Shown here: piece by piece, positions 38,798-47,126 of the stretch | Numbering within the stretch: position 1 is the first letter of the stretch | Layout: every line of letters begins with the position of its first letter | From: Spirulina sp. | GTDB lineage: Bacteria > Cyanobacteriota > Cyanobacteriia > Phormidesmidales > Phormidesmidaceae | NCBI GenBank assembly: GCA_044070495.1 | Contig: JBIPSI010000012.1 | Coordinates: forward strand, 64,001 to 128,000 | Length of the DNA stretch: 64,000 bases | Reading direction: 5' to 3' | Translations under genes and position numbers: made by a program | Notes under the pieces: model-generated | Database searches by the model: none | The model's input: only the letters and a program-made list of their open reading frames with translations | What the model was told of the DNA's origin: nothing

Positions 38798-41168
38798 CCG
38801 TATTTCCTCTTAGACTAGACAAACCATAACACCCCACCACCAGCGACGGCAGCAGCCAGGGCAGCAGCACCGCCCCGCTGATGTAAAGCTGTAACGACAG
38901 CAGTCCGTAGCCAGTGGTGGCCAATCCCAGGCCCAAGCTCACCTGCCAGCGGGGGCGAGGATGGACAGCCAGGTGCAGGCTCAGGGCTTTGCCCAGCCCA
39001 GCGGCAACGAGAATCAGCCACAGGTCTGGGATGGGCACTACCAGGCGGTTGTTCAGTAAATGGTGAACCATGTAGGCGTGGGCTTCGCCGCCGGTGATGT
39101 GGGTGGCGGGTTGGTTGGCCCGTCGTCGCCAGTGGGCCAGGGCGGGGGGGATGGGCATATTGTCTTCGCCAGCGGCCACCAGTCCGGCGGCATGGTAGCC
39201 TCCGGGGGCCACAACCACCACGGCATTGGTGAGGTCGGGCAGATCGGCGGCATTTTCCCAAAGCTGCCAGGCGGGGATGGTGACAAAGACCCGATCCGGC
39301 GGCAGGGAAAAGTCCATCAAGGGCTGAAGCCACTGTTGCCAAATCCAATCTGAGGCATAGGTGATGGGGTGGAGGGTGGCGCGACGGGGCAGACCCAGAT
39401 CGTGCTGTTGGCGGTAGGCGGCGACCTGGTCGGCCAGGGGTGGGCCATCCAAAGCAGGGCGCGGTGCGGCGGGGGCGGTTTGGCGCTGGTGCAAACGGTG
39501 GGCCACGGCCAGTTGATAGCTGAAGGGGTTTTGCAAATGGGGGGCTGAACGCTGGGGCAACATCCGCCACCAGGGCACCCGCACATTGCCCAGCAGCACA
39601 CGATCCGGGGCAATGACATGGGGATGGGGCGTCAACCAAGCGCCCCCCTGACGAGCCGTAGCCACCACGGGCCAGATGCCTTGATTGATAGCGGATTCTA
39701 GGGCTTGGCGCAGTTCAGCATCGTGGGCGGGCTGGGCCAAATCGAGGATGTAGTCTAGGCCAATGACCGGGGCTTGGCGACGGCTGATTTCAGCCACAAT
39801 CGTCGCCAGCATGGCCCGGTTGATGGGCGTATAGTCCGTCGCCCCCCAGCGAATAAAGCTCTCGCCGTCCACCTGCACCAGCACCACGGGCGGGTTAGCC
39901 GGGGGTAGCTGTCCGGTCAGGTCGCGATACACCGCCTGCGCCGCCACCCGCTGATCCATCAGCCAAGCCTGGGGTACCCAGTTGGCCTCGGCAGGAATTA
40001 GGCTAATCGCCGCCAGGGCGCTAACGATCAGGGCTTCGCGGCGGGTGGGTTGCCAGCGTCGCCACCGACTACGCCAGCCCGTAGGTTCGAGTTGGTAGGG
40101 CACCGAGGCCGGATGGCGAAACAGCGACGGCACCAGGTAGGCCGAGGGATAGGTGAGGTTTTGCGCTAGCTTGAGGAATTGGCAGGCTCCGCGCAGGGCT
40201 GCCTGGACGTTTTCGCCACGGGCAAGGCGCTGGAGCAACTGCACTAAAAAGGTTTGGGCCACCTGGTTATGGATCGGCTCCCGCATAACCGCCACCTGGC
40301 TGAGGCCGAGGTTAATCAACCCCTGGGCAATGTCTAGGCCGCTGCACGAATTGAACAGGGCAAACTGAAGCCCCCGCCGCTGGGCCTGTTGCAGAGCGGG
40401 GGTGAGATCCTGAATCGACAGGGCCAAGTTGGGGGCAATGGCCACCTCGCCCCCCACCCAGGCCGCCTCGTTGCTGTGGCCCGCAAAAAAGAGAATGTCC
40501 CAGCCCTGGGGATCCGCAATAGCCTCGTAGATGCGACGCTTCAGGGCATTGGCCTCCTCCTCCGGCTGCCAGCCCACATAGTGAATGTCCATCACCACTG
40601 CCTGGGCGGCGAGGGCGTTGCGTTCCTCGGTGAAGTTCAGCCCGGTTTCGTCGCCCAAAATCGCCAAGACCCGCGTTTTGCCCCGCCGAAAGGAACGCCG
40701 ATTCACCGCCTCGGCCCGAATGGTGGGCGGCGACCGCAAAATCTGCACTGGGGGGCCAAATTCCCAGGTTTCCCAGGGCAACCGAGCCAAGTCCAGCGGC
40801 GTGCAGGTGAGAAATAGCTCCAGCGGGGCGGCGGGATGCGCAGACTGAGCGGCCCTGACAATTTCCTGGCGCAGATCAAACAAATCCCCCTGCCGCAGCC
40901 AGCGATGGAACTCCGACAACAGCCGCGCCTCCGCCTGCCCCAGTTGGCTGTGCCAATCCACCGGAGCCGCCACCACCTGCCCCATCGCCCCGGCCCGCCC
41001 CCGCAGGGCTTGCTTGTAATAGCCCAAATAGGCCCGCCGCCAGGTGTCGTAGAGCGGCAACAGGGTGTCAGGAAAGGCCACCGTCGCCGTGATTCGCTGC
41101 CCCTCGCCCCAGGTGAGATCGAACAGGCCGCTCTGATCGATTTTGTGAACAGTAAGGCGGTAGGGCAT
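38784..41168 (-). CDS. Membrane protein: CHAT (caspase-like) domain, TM, CHASE2 sensor, C-terminal TMs
   Basis: LARLPWE, FFAGHS (His), LFNSCSG (Cys), VAVMREPI; VVLVQVD, INRAMLA, VIGLDYILD, GGEAHA; start MPYRL at 41168. Confidence 0.85.
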   Translation of the reverse strand: MPYRLTVHKIDQSGLFDLTWGEGQRITATVAFPDTLLPLYDTWRRAYLGYYKQALRGRAGAMGQVVAAPVDWHSQLGQAEARLLSEFHRWLRQGDLFDLRQEIVRAAQSAHPAAPLELFLTCTPLDLARLPWETWEFGPPVQILRSPPTIRAEAVNRRSFRRGKTRVLAILGDETGLNFTEERNALAAQAVVMDIHYVGWQPEEEANALKRRIYEAIADPQGWDILFFAGHSNEAAWVGGEVAIAPNLALSIQDLTPALQQAQRRGLQFALFNSCSGLDIAQGLINLGLSQVAVMREPIHNQVAQTFLVQLLQRLARGENVQAALRGACQFLKLAQNLTYPSAYLVPSLFRHPASVPYQLEPTGWRSRWRRWQPTRREALIVSALAAISLIPAEANWVPQAWLMDQRVAAQAVYRDLTGQLPPANPPVVLVQVDGESFIRWGATDYTPINRAMLATIVAEISRRQAPVIGLDYILDLAQPAHDAELRQALESAINQGIWPVVATARQGGAWLTPHPHVIAPDRVLLGNVRVPWWRMLPQRSAPHLQNPFSYQLAVAHRLHQRQTAPAAPRPALDGPPLADQVAAYRQQHDLGLPRRATLHPITYASDWIWQQWLQPLMDFSLPPDRVFVTIPAWQLWENAADLPDLTNAVVVVAPGGYHAAGLVAAGEDNMPIPPALAHWRRRANQPATHITGGEAHAYMVHHLLNNRLVVPIPDLWLILVAAGLGKALSLHLAVHPRPRWQVSLGLGLATTGYGLLSLQLYISGAVLLPWLLPSLVVGCYGLSSLRGNTDATH

Positions 41169-41222
41169 GGGATGGCGGAATGGCGGAATGGCGGGATGGC
41201 GGGATGGCGGGATGGCGGGATG
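41169..41222. repeat. 8-bp tandem repeat GG(G/A)ATGGC
   Basis: Visible array immediately upstream of the CHAT-CHASE2 start. Confidence 0.85.
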
Positions 41223-41306
41223 GGGCAAAGCGTAGGGCATAACGCCAGGGTGAGACTAGCGCCAGGGCGAAGCAATGCACCATCTACTCACGAAGCAATG
41301 CCCTAT

Positions 41307-42530
41307 TTATTGAACCGGATCCTCTGGGCGAAAGACAAAGGGGGGCCAATGGAGGGTTGCGCCGTTGGGGAGTTGAATGGCCACGGTGAAGGCTTCTTCC
41401 CAGGTGCCGAAGACCTGGACATAGAGGTATTGGGCGGAACTTTGGGCATCGAGGGAACTATCCGCCAGCAGCCCTGTAGCATCGCTGACCTGGAGGCGTA
41501 CCCCATCTGGTAGCGTATCGCCGGGGGCTGGCCCTAGGACTAGAAACAGGCACCATTCTGGCTCAGGATGCTCCCACACAGGCCAGATCAGGGCATAGAG
41601 CCGCAGGGGCAATCCGGTGGCCTGGAGATCGGTGTAGGCTCCCCTGGCGGCGGCGGGGATTTCCACTCCGGCGGGGGCCAGTTCGCGCAAAACGGCCTCT
41701 AGGGTATCGGCGGGGCTTTGTGCGGCCATCAGGGCATGGGAGAGGGCAAGGGGCGGCAACAGGTTCCAGGTCAGGGTTTCGGTAACATGGGCGGTGACCG
41801 CATCAAGCCGATCCTGAAGCCATGGCCCCACATTGATCCATGGCCTGGTGGGCGAATCTGGGACGGATGCCATCGTCGGAGAGGTCGGGGGGGCTGGGGC
41901 GGTTTCCGGTGCCGCCGCCAAAAGCTGATCGGGGTTCAAACAGGTGAGGTAGAGCAAAATCTCCTCCGGTTCGGTATCAAACAGGGCGATGGGCAGGGTG
42001 TAGGTGTCGCCGTTATGGGTCAGGTGGCCGCTGGCTTGGTGGGACAACAGGCGATCCCGGCGTAGGCCACCCAGTATCGTCACCTGGTCGGCTTCTTCGC
42101 GCACTTCGACTAAGAGGTAGATGTGGGCGAAGGATGGTGGGGTGATGGGGTGGTGGGGTGGTGGGGTGGTGGGGTGGTGGGTGGTGGGGTGGTGGGTGGT
42201 TTGGGGGATGGTGACTTGGTCGTCGCTGAGGCTGCCTTGCACGACTAAACACAGGCGAAAACCGTTGACTTCGGCCTGGATGCCTGTGCCTGGGGGCTGG
42301 GTGGGGTCGTAGGTGAGGGTTAGTCCGGTGCTGCCCTGCCGCAGCCAGTGATCGACCCCCCGTAGCGCCATAGCCCGCAAAAAGGTGAGCCACTGGTGGG
42401 CTTCGGGTTCGGATTGGCCGATTTGCACCGCCCAATCTACCTCTGCCGGGGAGAGGTGAACCGTGGCGGGGTGAAGGCGATCAAACTCGACATCGGGGGC
42501 GAGGTCTGGGAATTCGGGGGAAGCACTCAT
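41307..42530 (-). CDS. DUF1822-family protein
   Basis: EVNGFRLCLV, VTIP, FAHIYLLVEVREE, INVGPWLQ, C-terminal beta-rich domain ending LPNGATLHWPPF. Confidence 0.8.
   Translation of the reverse strand: MSASPEFPDLAPDVEFDRLHPATVHLSPAEVDWAVQIGQSEPEAHQWLTFLRAMALRGVDHWLRQGSTGLTLTYDPTQPPGTGIQAEVNGFRLCLVVQGSLSDDQVTIPQTTHHPTTHHPTTPPPHHPITPPSFAHIYLLVEVREEADQVTILGGLRRDRLLSHQASGHLTHNGDTYTLPIALFDTEPEEILLYLTCLNPDQLLAAAPETAPAPPTSPTMASVPDSPTRPWINVGPWLQDRLDAVTAHVTETLTWNLLPPLALSHALMAAQSPADTLEAVLRELAPAGVEIPAAARGAYTDLQATGLPLRLYALIWPVWEHPEPEWCLFLVLGPAPGDTLPDGVRLQVSDATGLLADSSLDAQSSAQYLYVQVFGTWEEAFTVAIQLPNGATLHWPPFVFRPEDPVQ
42135..42200. repeat. G-rich tandem repeat (GGGGTGGT/GGGTGGT) in frame within the DUF1822 gene
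   Basis: Encodes TTHHPTTHHPTTPPPHHPITPP. Confidence 0.8.
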
Positions 42531-42585
42531 AGGGCATAGACTCGCGATGGGGTGGGTGAGGTAGGAATACATTAGAGTTGAGGGC

Positions 42586-43941
42586 TTAGGGTTGAGGGGG
42601 TAAAAAGGCGTGGATTTCGGTACAGAGGTGCTGGCTAAAGCGGCTTTTTACCGGGCGGGGTTTGGGCGCTTGGGCCTCGGCGGCGGCTTCGGCAATTAGG
42701 TCATCCACCGTTTCTGCTAACAGGGTTTCTAAGGTTTGATCGATGGCCTGGAGCCGATCCGCCGAGACGTAATTCAGGGCTTCCTGGCGCAGGGTGGCGT
42801 GCAGTTGGGGAATCAGCCGATGGCGCACCTCCGCCCGCAGCCGTTTCAGGTTCAGCAGCCGCGTCACCTGCACCTGGGAACTCAGGCCAATGCGCGGAGC
42901 TACGGCCCCCATGGCCAACCCTTCACACTGGCGCAGATAGAGACCCTGCACGTAGGCGCTGTCCTGGGGTGGGGTGCGCTGGCGAAGCTGGCGCATTTGG
43001 TCGGCGATCACCTGGCGTAGGGTGCCCCCCAAATGGTGATTCAGGCTGGCCCGATAGCGATCCAAAAAATCCATCTGTTCATCCGGGACTGGGGCCGCTT
43101 GGCGGGTTTGGGCGATGCTTTCGAGTTCAGAGTCGTCCTGGGGTTGGTAAAGCTGGGGATGTCCACCCCGTCCGTGGATGCGGTATTGCCGGAGTTGGGT
43201 GGCCAACTGCCGCAGATTGGCCTTCACCTGTTTGGGGGAGCGGGTGGAATCCATGGCCTGCAATTGGTCGGGGCTGGGTTCTGGACAGCGTCCGGCCTTA
43301 CCCTGTTGTCGCTGGCGCAGCCGATCCTGGCGATAGACCCGATGGTAGCTCTCCAGCAGGGCCACCGCCTGATCGACCTCGTAGGTGCTGCACAGATGAT
43401 AGTCGCGTAAAATGCGCTGCACCTGGGCGGGGGTGGTGTCGTTCAAAATCGCCCAATCGCTGGCCTGGTATAGTCCCTTTTCTAGCAGCCATTGGTTGAG
43501 GTCGGGATGGGTTTTGGTGAGGCGATGGCTCCAGGCACTGAGACGCCCCTTGGTGGGGTCGTAGCTCTCCAAAATCCGCAGGGTGAAGGGCTGATGGCGG
43601 GGGCGAGGGCGTCCATCATCCTCTAAAACCAGGGGCAGCAGGTCGGCGGTGGTAAAGCCGTAGCGTTCTCCATGGCGCTGGGCCAACCCCATACAGCAAC
43701 TCCGAATCTGGTGGGTCACCCAACCGCGCAAGCTCAACTGGGCCAGATCGGCCTCCGCCTGCCCCCTCTGCCAACGGTCAAACAGCGCCCGCTGAAGCTG
43801 GGCTTCCTGCTCCTCCAGGTTGTCTAACCAAGGGGCGAAGGCCTCCTGAAGCCAGGGTTTCACCGTCGCCAGTTCCAGGGTTTGAAGCTGGCCTCCACTG
43901 GTGAGCCGCACCAGGTGCCAATATCGTGAAGCGTTATTCAT
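42586..43941 (-). CDS. Hypothetical protein, probable divergent sigma-70-like factor
   Basis: Region-2.3-like ILESYDPTKGRLSAWSHR; region-4.2-like HTH LYLRQCEGLAMGAVAPRIGLSSQVQVTRLL; start MNNAS at 43941. Confidence 0.6.
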   Translation of the reverse strand: MNNASRYWHLVRLTSGGQLQTLELATVKPWLQEAFAPWLDNLEEQEAQLQRALFDRWQRGQAEADLAQLSLRGWVTHQIRSCCMGLAQRHGERYGFTTADLLPLVLEDDGRPRPRHQPFTLRILESYDPTKGRLSAWSHRLTKTHPDLNQWLLEKGLYQASDWAILNDTTPAQVQRILRDYHLCSTYEVDQAVALLESYHRVYRQDRLRQRQQGKAGRCPEPSPDQLQAMDSTRSPKQVKANLRQLATQLRQYRIHGRGGHPQLYQPQDDSELESIAQTRQAAPVPDEQMDFLDRYRASLNHHLGGTLRQVIADQMRQLRQRTPPQDSAYVQGLYLRQCEGLAMGAVAPRIGLSSQVQVTRLLNLKRLRAEVRHRLIPQLHATLRQEALNYVSADRLQAIDQTLETLLAETVDDLIAEAAAEAQAPKPRPVKSRFSQHLCTEIHAFLPPQP

Positions 43942-44053
43942 AGCAGGGCAAACATTCTGCCTATCACAGTAAGTTGAACGGTCTCTCAACATCCCTCTAC
44001 CCGTGGGAGAGGGATTTAGGGTAAGGGCTAGTTCGGCTAAAGCTGTTCTACCG

Positions 44054-44080
44054 TATTTCTGAGCAGGGAAGACCTATTCA
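44054..44080 (-). promoter_or_regulatory. Putative autoregulatory promoter TGAATAGG-N12-AGAAATA
   Basis: Minus strand TGAATAGG tcttccctgctc AGAAATA, upstream of the sigma-like gene. Confidence 0.7.
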
Positions 44081-44249
44081 CCGGAAGGAGAAAGGTTTAG
44101 CGTTCTGGGGTGCAGTGGCTATGATAGACAGCAGTTGTTGGCGCGCCCTTAGCCCCCGCCATGGAACATCGGGCGTAGCCCTGGCCCACGGTGCCCCCTA
44201 GCCCATCGTTCTAGGCAAGGCCATTCCCTGAGCAATCCTTGGTTGAACC

Positions 44250-44381
44250 ATGAATGCCGTCGAAATCGAAGAAGCCGTTTCCCAACTGGCCGAAGCCCCC
44301 TTTGACCCCGAAGCGTTTCCCTTTGCCTTCCTGGAAGCCTTTGGCAATAAGGCCACCATGATCAAGAAGCTCAGGAGATAG
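44250..44381 (+). pseudogene. 43-codon N-terminal remnant of an MmeI-like restriction-modification gene
   Basis: MNAVEIEEAVSQLAEAPFDPEAFPFAFLEAFGNKATMIKKLRR*; family recognised from memory. Confidence 0.65.
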
Positions 44382-44469
44382 TATTCGTATCAACGATCAG
44401 TGGCGCATTTGTTTTTTGTGGACAGATGAAAATAATGCAGATCAAGTTGAAATTGTAGATTATCACTGA
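44380..44469 (+). pseudogene. higB: C-terminal remnant of HigB-like toxin
   Basis: SIRINDQWRICFLW...VEIVDYH*. Confidence 0.8.
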
Positions 44470-44477
44470 GAACGGCT

Positions 44478-44790
44478 ATGGATAACGCACGTCTGTCAAA
44501 TATTCACCCCGGCGAAATTCTACGGCTAGAATTTCTAGAGCCGCTTTTCTAAGGCCGCTTGATATTACACCCTACCAATTAAGTAAAGATATTGGTGTAG
44601 CCCAGACGCGAATTAGCGAAATTTCATCTGAAAAGCTCTAAAAAGCGCAGCATTACAGCCGATACATCCCTGCGACCATCAAAATATTTTAGCAATAGCG
44701 CTCAGTTTTGGATGAACCTACAGTCTCAGTACGATTTACGCCAAGCCTAGGAAGAAAACAAAGAAATTTACAAACATATTCCTGAACAAC
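44478..44790 (+). pseudogene. higA: HigA antitoxin pseudogene with frameshifts and stops
   Basis: IHPGEILRLEFLEPL, ITPYQLSKDIGV, RSITADTSLR, FWMNLQSQYDL split across frames. Confidence 0.82.
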
Positions 44791-44856
44791 AACAACTGTG
44801 TATAAATCGAACAGGGTTTCGCTGCCGTCTCCTAAGGTAACGATGTCGAAGGCACT

Positions 44857-45135
44857 TCAAGATAAGTTGGGCTCTTCCGGGTTCAGGGTGATGGCGGCTT
44901 GTTCTCCTGGGTCAAGGGTATTGAGGGTTGGATCAACTTCGGGAACAGATTGCACGGTAAGCCAGGAAGGAGGTTTGGCAATCCATTGTTGGAGAATGAG
45001 GGGAGCATCAGGGTCGATCATTTCATCTCGAACAACATCGGGAATGATGATTTTCTGAAATAATTGGGGCAGGAGATGAACCTGGCCAATCAGCAGTAGA
45101 TAGTTGATGGGCGAGGTATCGGAAACGACAATCAT
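44857..45135 (-). pseudogene. Truncated DUF3368/PIN-type toxin
   Basis: IVVSDTSPINYL...LDPGEQAAITL then abrupt end at 92 aa. Confidence 0.7.
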
Positions 45136-45410
45136 GAAGCACTGTGAACTTGCTTTTCGCGGAGTTGACGGAGAGTGCCACGGTCTTGCTCTAAATCTGC
45201 CTCGTCGTAATGTAGTTCAACATTATGCTGCTTTAAGAAATTATCTACGGCCCAACGAGAGGGTAAGCCTAGTATGTGACCCACTTCGGCACTGGTAATT
45301 TTTTCTGCTTGGTAGGCTTGTATTGTAAGGGCTTCTAGAATTTCGCGGGAAAGGTTGTCTGGGTTAAAGTATTGAGCCAGTGAATCAGGCAGATCGAGAA
45401 TGATTTGCAT
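45132..45410 (-). CDS. UPF0175-family antitoxin-like protein
   Basis: YQAEKITSAEVGHILGL.SRW; ATGA overlap with the PIN gene. Confidence 0.8.
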   Translation of the reverse strand: MQIILDLPDSLAQYFNPDNLSREILEALTIQAYQAEKITSAEVGHILGLPSRWAVDNFLKQHNVELHYDEADLEQDRGTLRQLREKQVHSAS

Positions 45411-45489
45411 AGGGGAACCCCGTATATTCATACATCTTCAAGCAAGTGAGTGACCAGAACTGCTAAGGGTTTTCAGGCAAAATTAATCA

Positions 45490-45726
45490 TCAATTCTCGA
45501 TAGTCTCTAGCAATTTTGCTTGAACTTCTTTGGACAATTCCACAATCACAAACCGTTTTTGTGGATAAAGATAGTCTTCGCCAGATTCATCAATGACTCG
45601 TAGACATTCGACTTCCGCTGCTTTTGTATCTGGTAAGACTCGATAAATCTTCCATGCCTCCAGATCACTATCTTCTTCAGCGGCAATACAGATGGCAAAT
45701 TTGATGTTTGAATCTATGGTATACAT
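45490..45726 (-). CDS. Small hypothetical protein, partner of 45732-45971
   Basis: 78-aa ORF with KIYRVLPD and LRVIDESGEDYLYP. Confidence 0.7.
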   Translation of the reverse strand: MYTIDSNIKFAICIAAEEDSDLEAWKIYRVLPDTKAAEVECLRVIDESGEDYLYPQKRFVIVELSKEVQAKLLETIEN

Positions 45727-45731
45727 CGTTT

Positions 45732-45971
45732 TTAGTCCAGGATACGCTTAACTTTCATTTTGCGCCGACCTACCCCGTGAGCTTCATACCAGTGCAGTTC
45801 GGCTTGGCAAACCTCTCCATTGGAAAACTGGACTAAGCCAGTACCTTTCAATTTGCGCCAGCGACGACCTCCAAATTCATCCTTAAGTCTTCGCAGTTCT
45901 CGAATTGACAGATTGACGGCGATAACTTCAATGTCTGTCAGTTTACTAATTAGCTCAAAGTCACTCTCCAT
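45732..45971 (-). CDS. Small basic hypothetical protein, possible TA component
   Basis: RWRKLKG...AELHWYEAHGVG; 5 nt from the next gene. Confidence 0.7.
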   Translation of the reverse strand: MESDFELISKLTDIEVIAVNLSIRELRRLKDEFGGRRWRKLKGTGLVQFSNGEVCQAELHWYEAHGVGRRKMKVKRILD

Positions 45972-46130
45972 GATTCAAGGTCAACATTCTGTGGGTAATC
46001 TTGAAGCATCATAATCATTCTTCATGTTGTTAGTTCTAATTTGGTAATCAATTAGGCGTTGTCGGCAGCGGGTTAAGGATCTGTGAGCAACTCAGAGTAA
46101 ACTGAGACACCTGAAATTTTTGTAGATCTG

Positions 46131-47126
46131 CTAATGCTCCAACCAAATGAACGGCTCGTTATTGTCCTTCAATAGATTTTGCCAGTGATTAAACTTCTCA
46201 CGCGGAGTTATCTTTAGGATCTCGTAATGAACATTGACATTGTTGCTTGTATTTTTACATCCGTAGCGGTAAAGATCTAGAATGACATCAAGTTCACCTT
46301 CAGTAAACTTATGTTCTTTGCTTAAAAGATACTGTTCGTACAATTCATCCAAGATGCCTGGACTGCAAAGTTGGCTTGAAAAATTCTCTAATGTTTGAAG
46401 CCTCAGCATCGGATAGTCAAGACTCTTGTCTTGCAAATAGCGTTTTGTTAAATATGCTTTAAGTAAATTGGCATAAGCACTTTGCAAGCATTGTGTTAAA
46501 TCAAGAGAAACATTAATTTCATCTCTGTCAAGATGCTTTCCAATCAGCATCTCTATTAGAGACTCAATACTATTAAATAATTTTGAGATTTCGTTGTCTA
46601 GATACTCACTCCATCCTAAATCTTCCATCTGATGTATGAGCGTTATACAATCTTTTATATGACACCTAACGTCTGCGACTAGCTTGCTTAACTCATGCTT
46701 GATGAGTTCTGAAATTTTGGTGTCTAAAGCGCGAATCTGATTGCAAATCTCATTTAGTTTTTTGTCAATTTTATTTAACTGATATACGACAACTGCAAAG
46801 CCTACTACAGCCACTCCTAGCGTCGTGCCAGAAATAGCTAGGTTGAGAGTACTCAAGGCTTTAATTTCTTGGGTTAGACTGATTATTTTATTAAGTTTTG
46901 AAGTATCGCCAACCATTTTAAGTCCAGCACCTGCGACGGCAAAGGCTGGATGTACGGCACCAAGAGCACCTAATGTCTGTGGGCCAGCGGCTTTCGCCAT
47001 TTCAAGATGAGCAACTATCGCTTTAGTTCCTGCATCTCTCACCACTCCACTTTCAATTATAATTTTTCCTGCTTTTAAGGCAGATTCTAAATGCTGAGGT
47101 AGTTGAAGCAAGTATTGATATGTCAT
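46131..47126 (-). CDS. Hypothetical protein with hydrophobic hairpin and coiled coil (AT-rich)
   Basis: 331-aa ORF; LNLAISGTTLGVAVVGFAVVVYQLNKIDKKL. Confidence 0.75.
   Translation of the reverse strand: MTYQYLLQLPQHLESALKAGKIIIESGVVRDAGTKAIVAHLEMAKAAGPQTLGALGAVHPAFAVAGAGLKMVGDTSKLNKIISLTQEIKALSTLNLAISGTTLGVAVVGFAVVVYQLNKIDKKLNEICNQIRALDTKISELIKHELSKLVADVRCHIKDCITLIHQMEDLGWSEYLDNEISKLFNSIESLIEMLIGKHLDRDEINVSLDLTQCLQSAYANLLKAYLTKRYLQDKSLDYPMLRLQTLENFSSQLCSPGILDELYEQYLLSKEHKFTEGELDVILDLYRYGCKNTSNNVNVHYEILKITPREKFNHWQNLLKDNNEPFIWLEH

Noticed and set aside
41169..41240. Start of CHAT-CHASE2 at 41240
   Set aside because: The extension is translated 8-bp repeat; 41168 is preferred, though 41240 cannot be fully excluded
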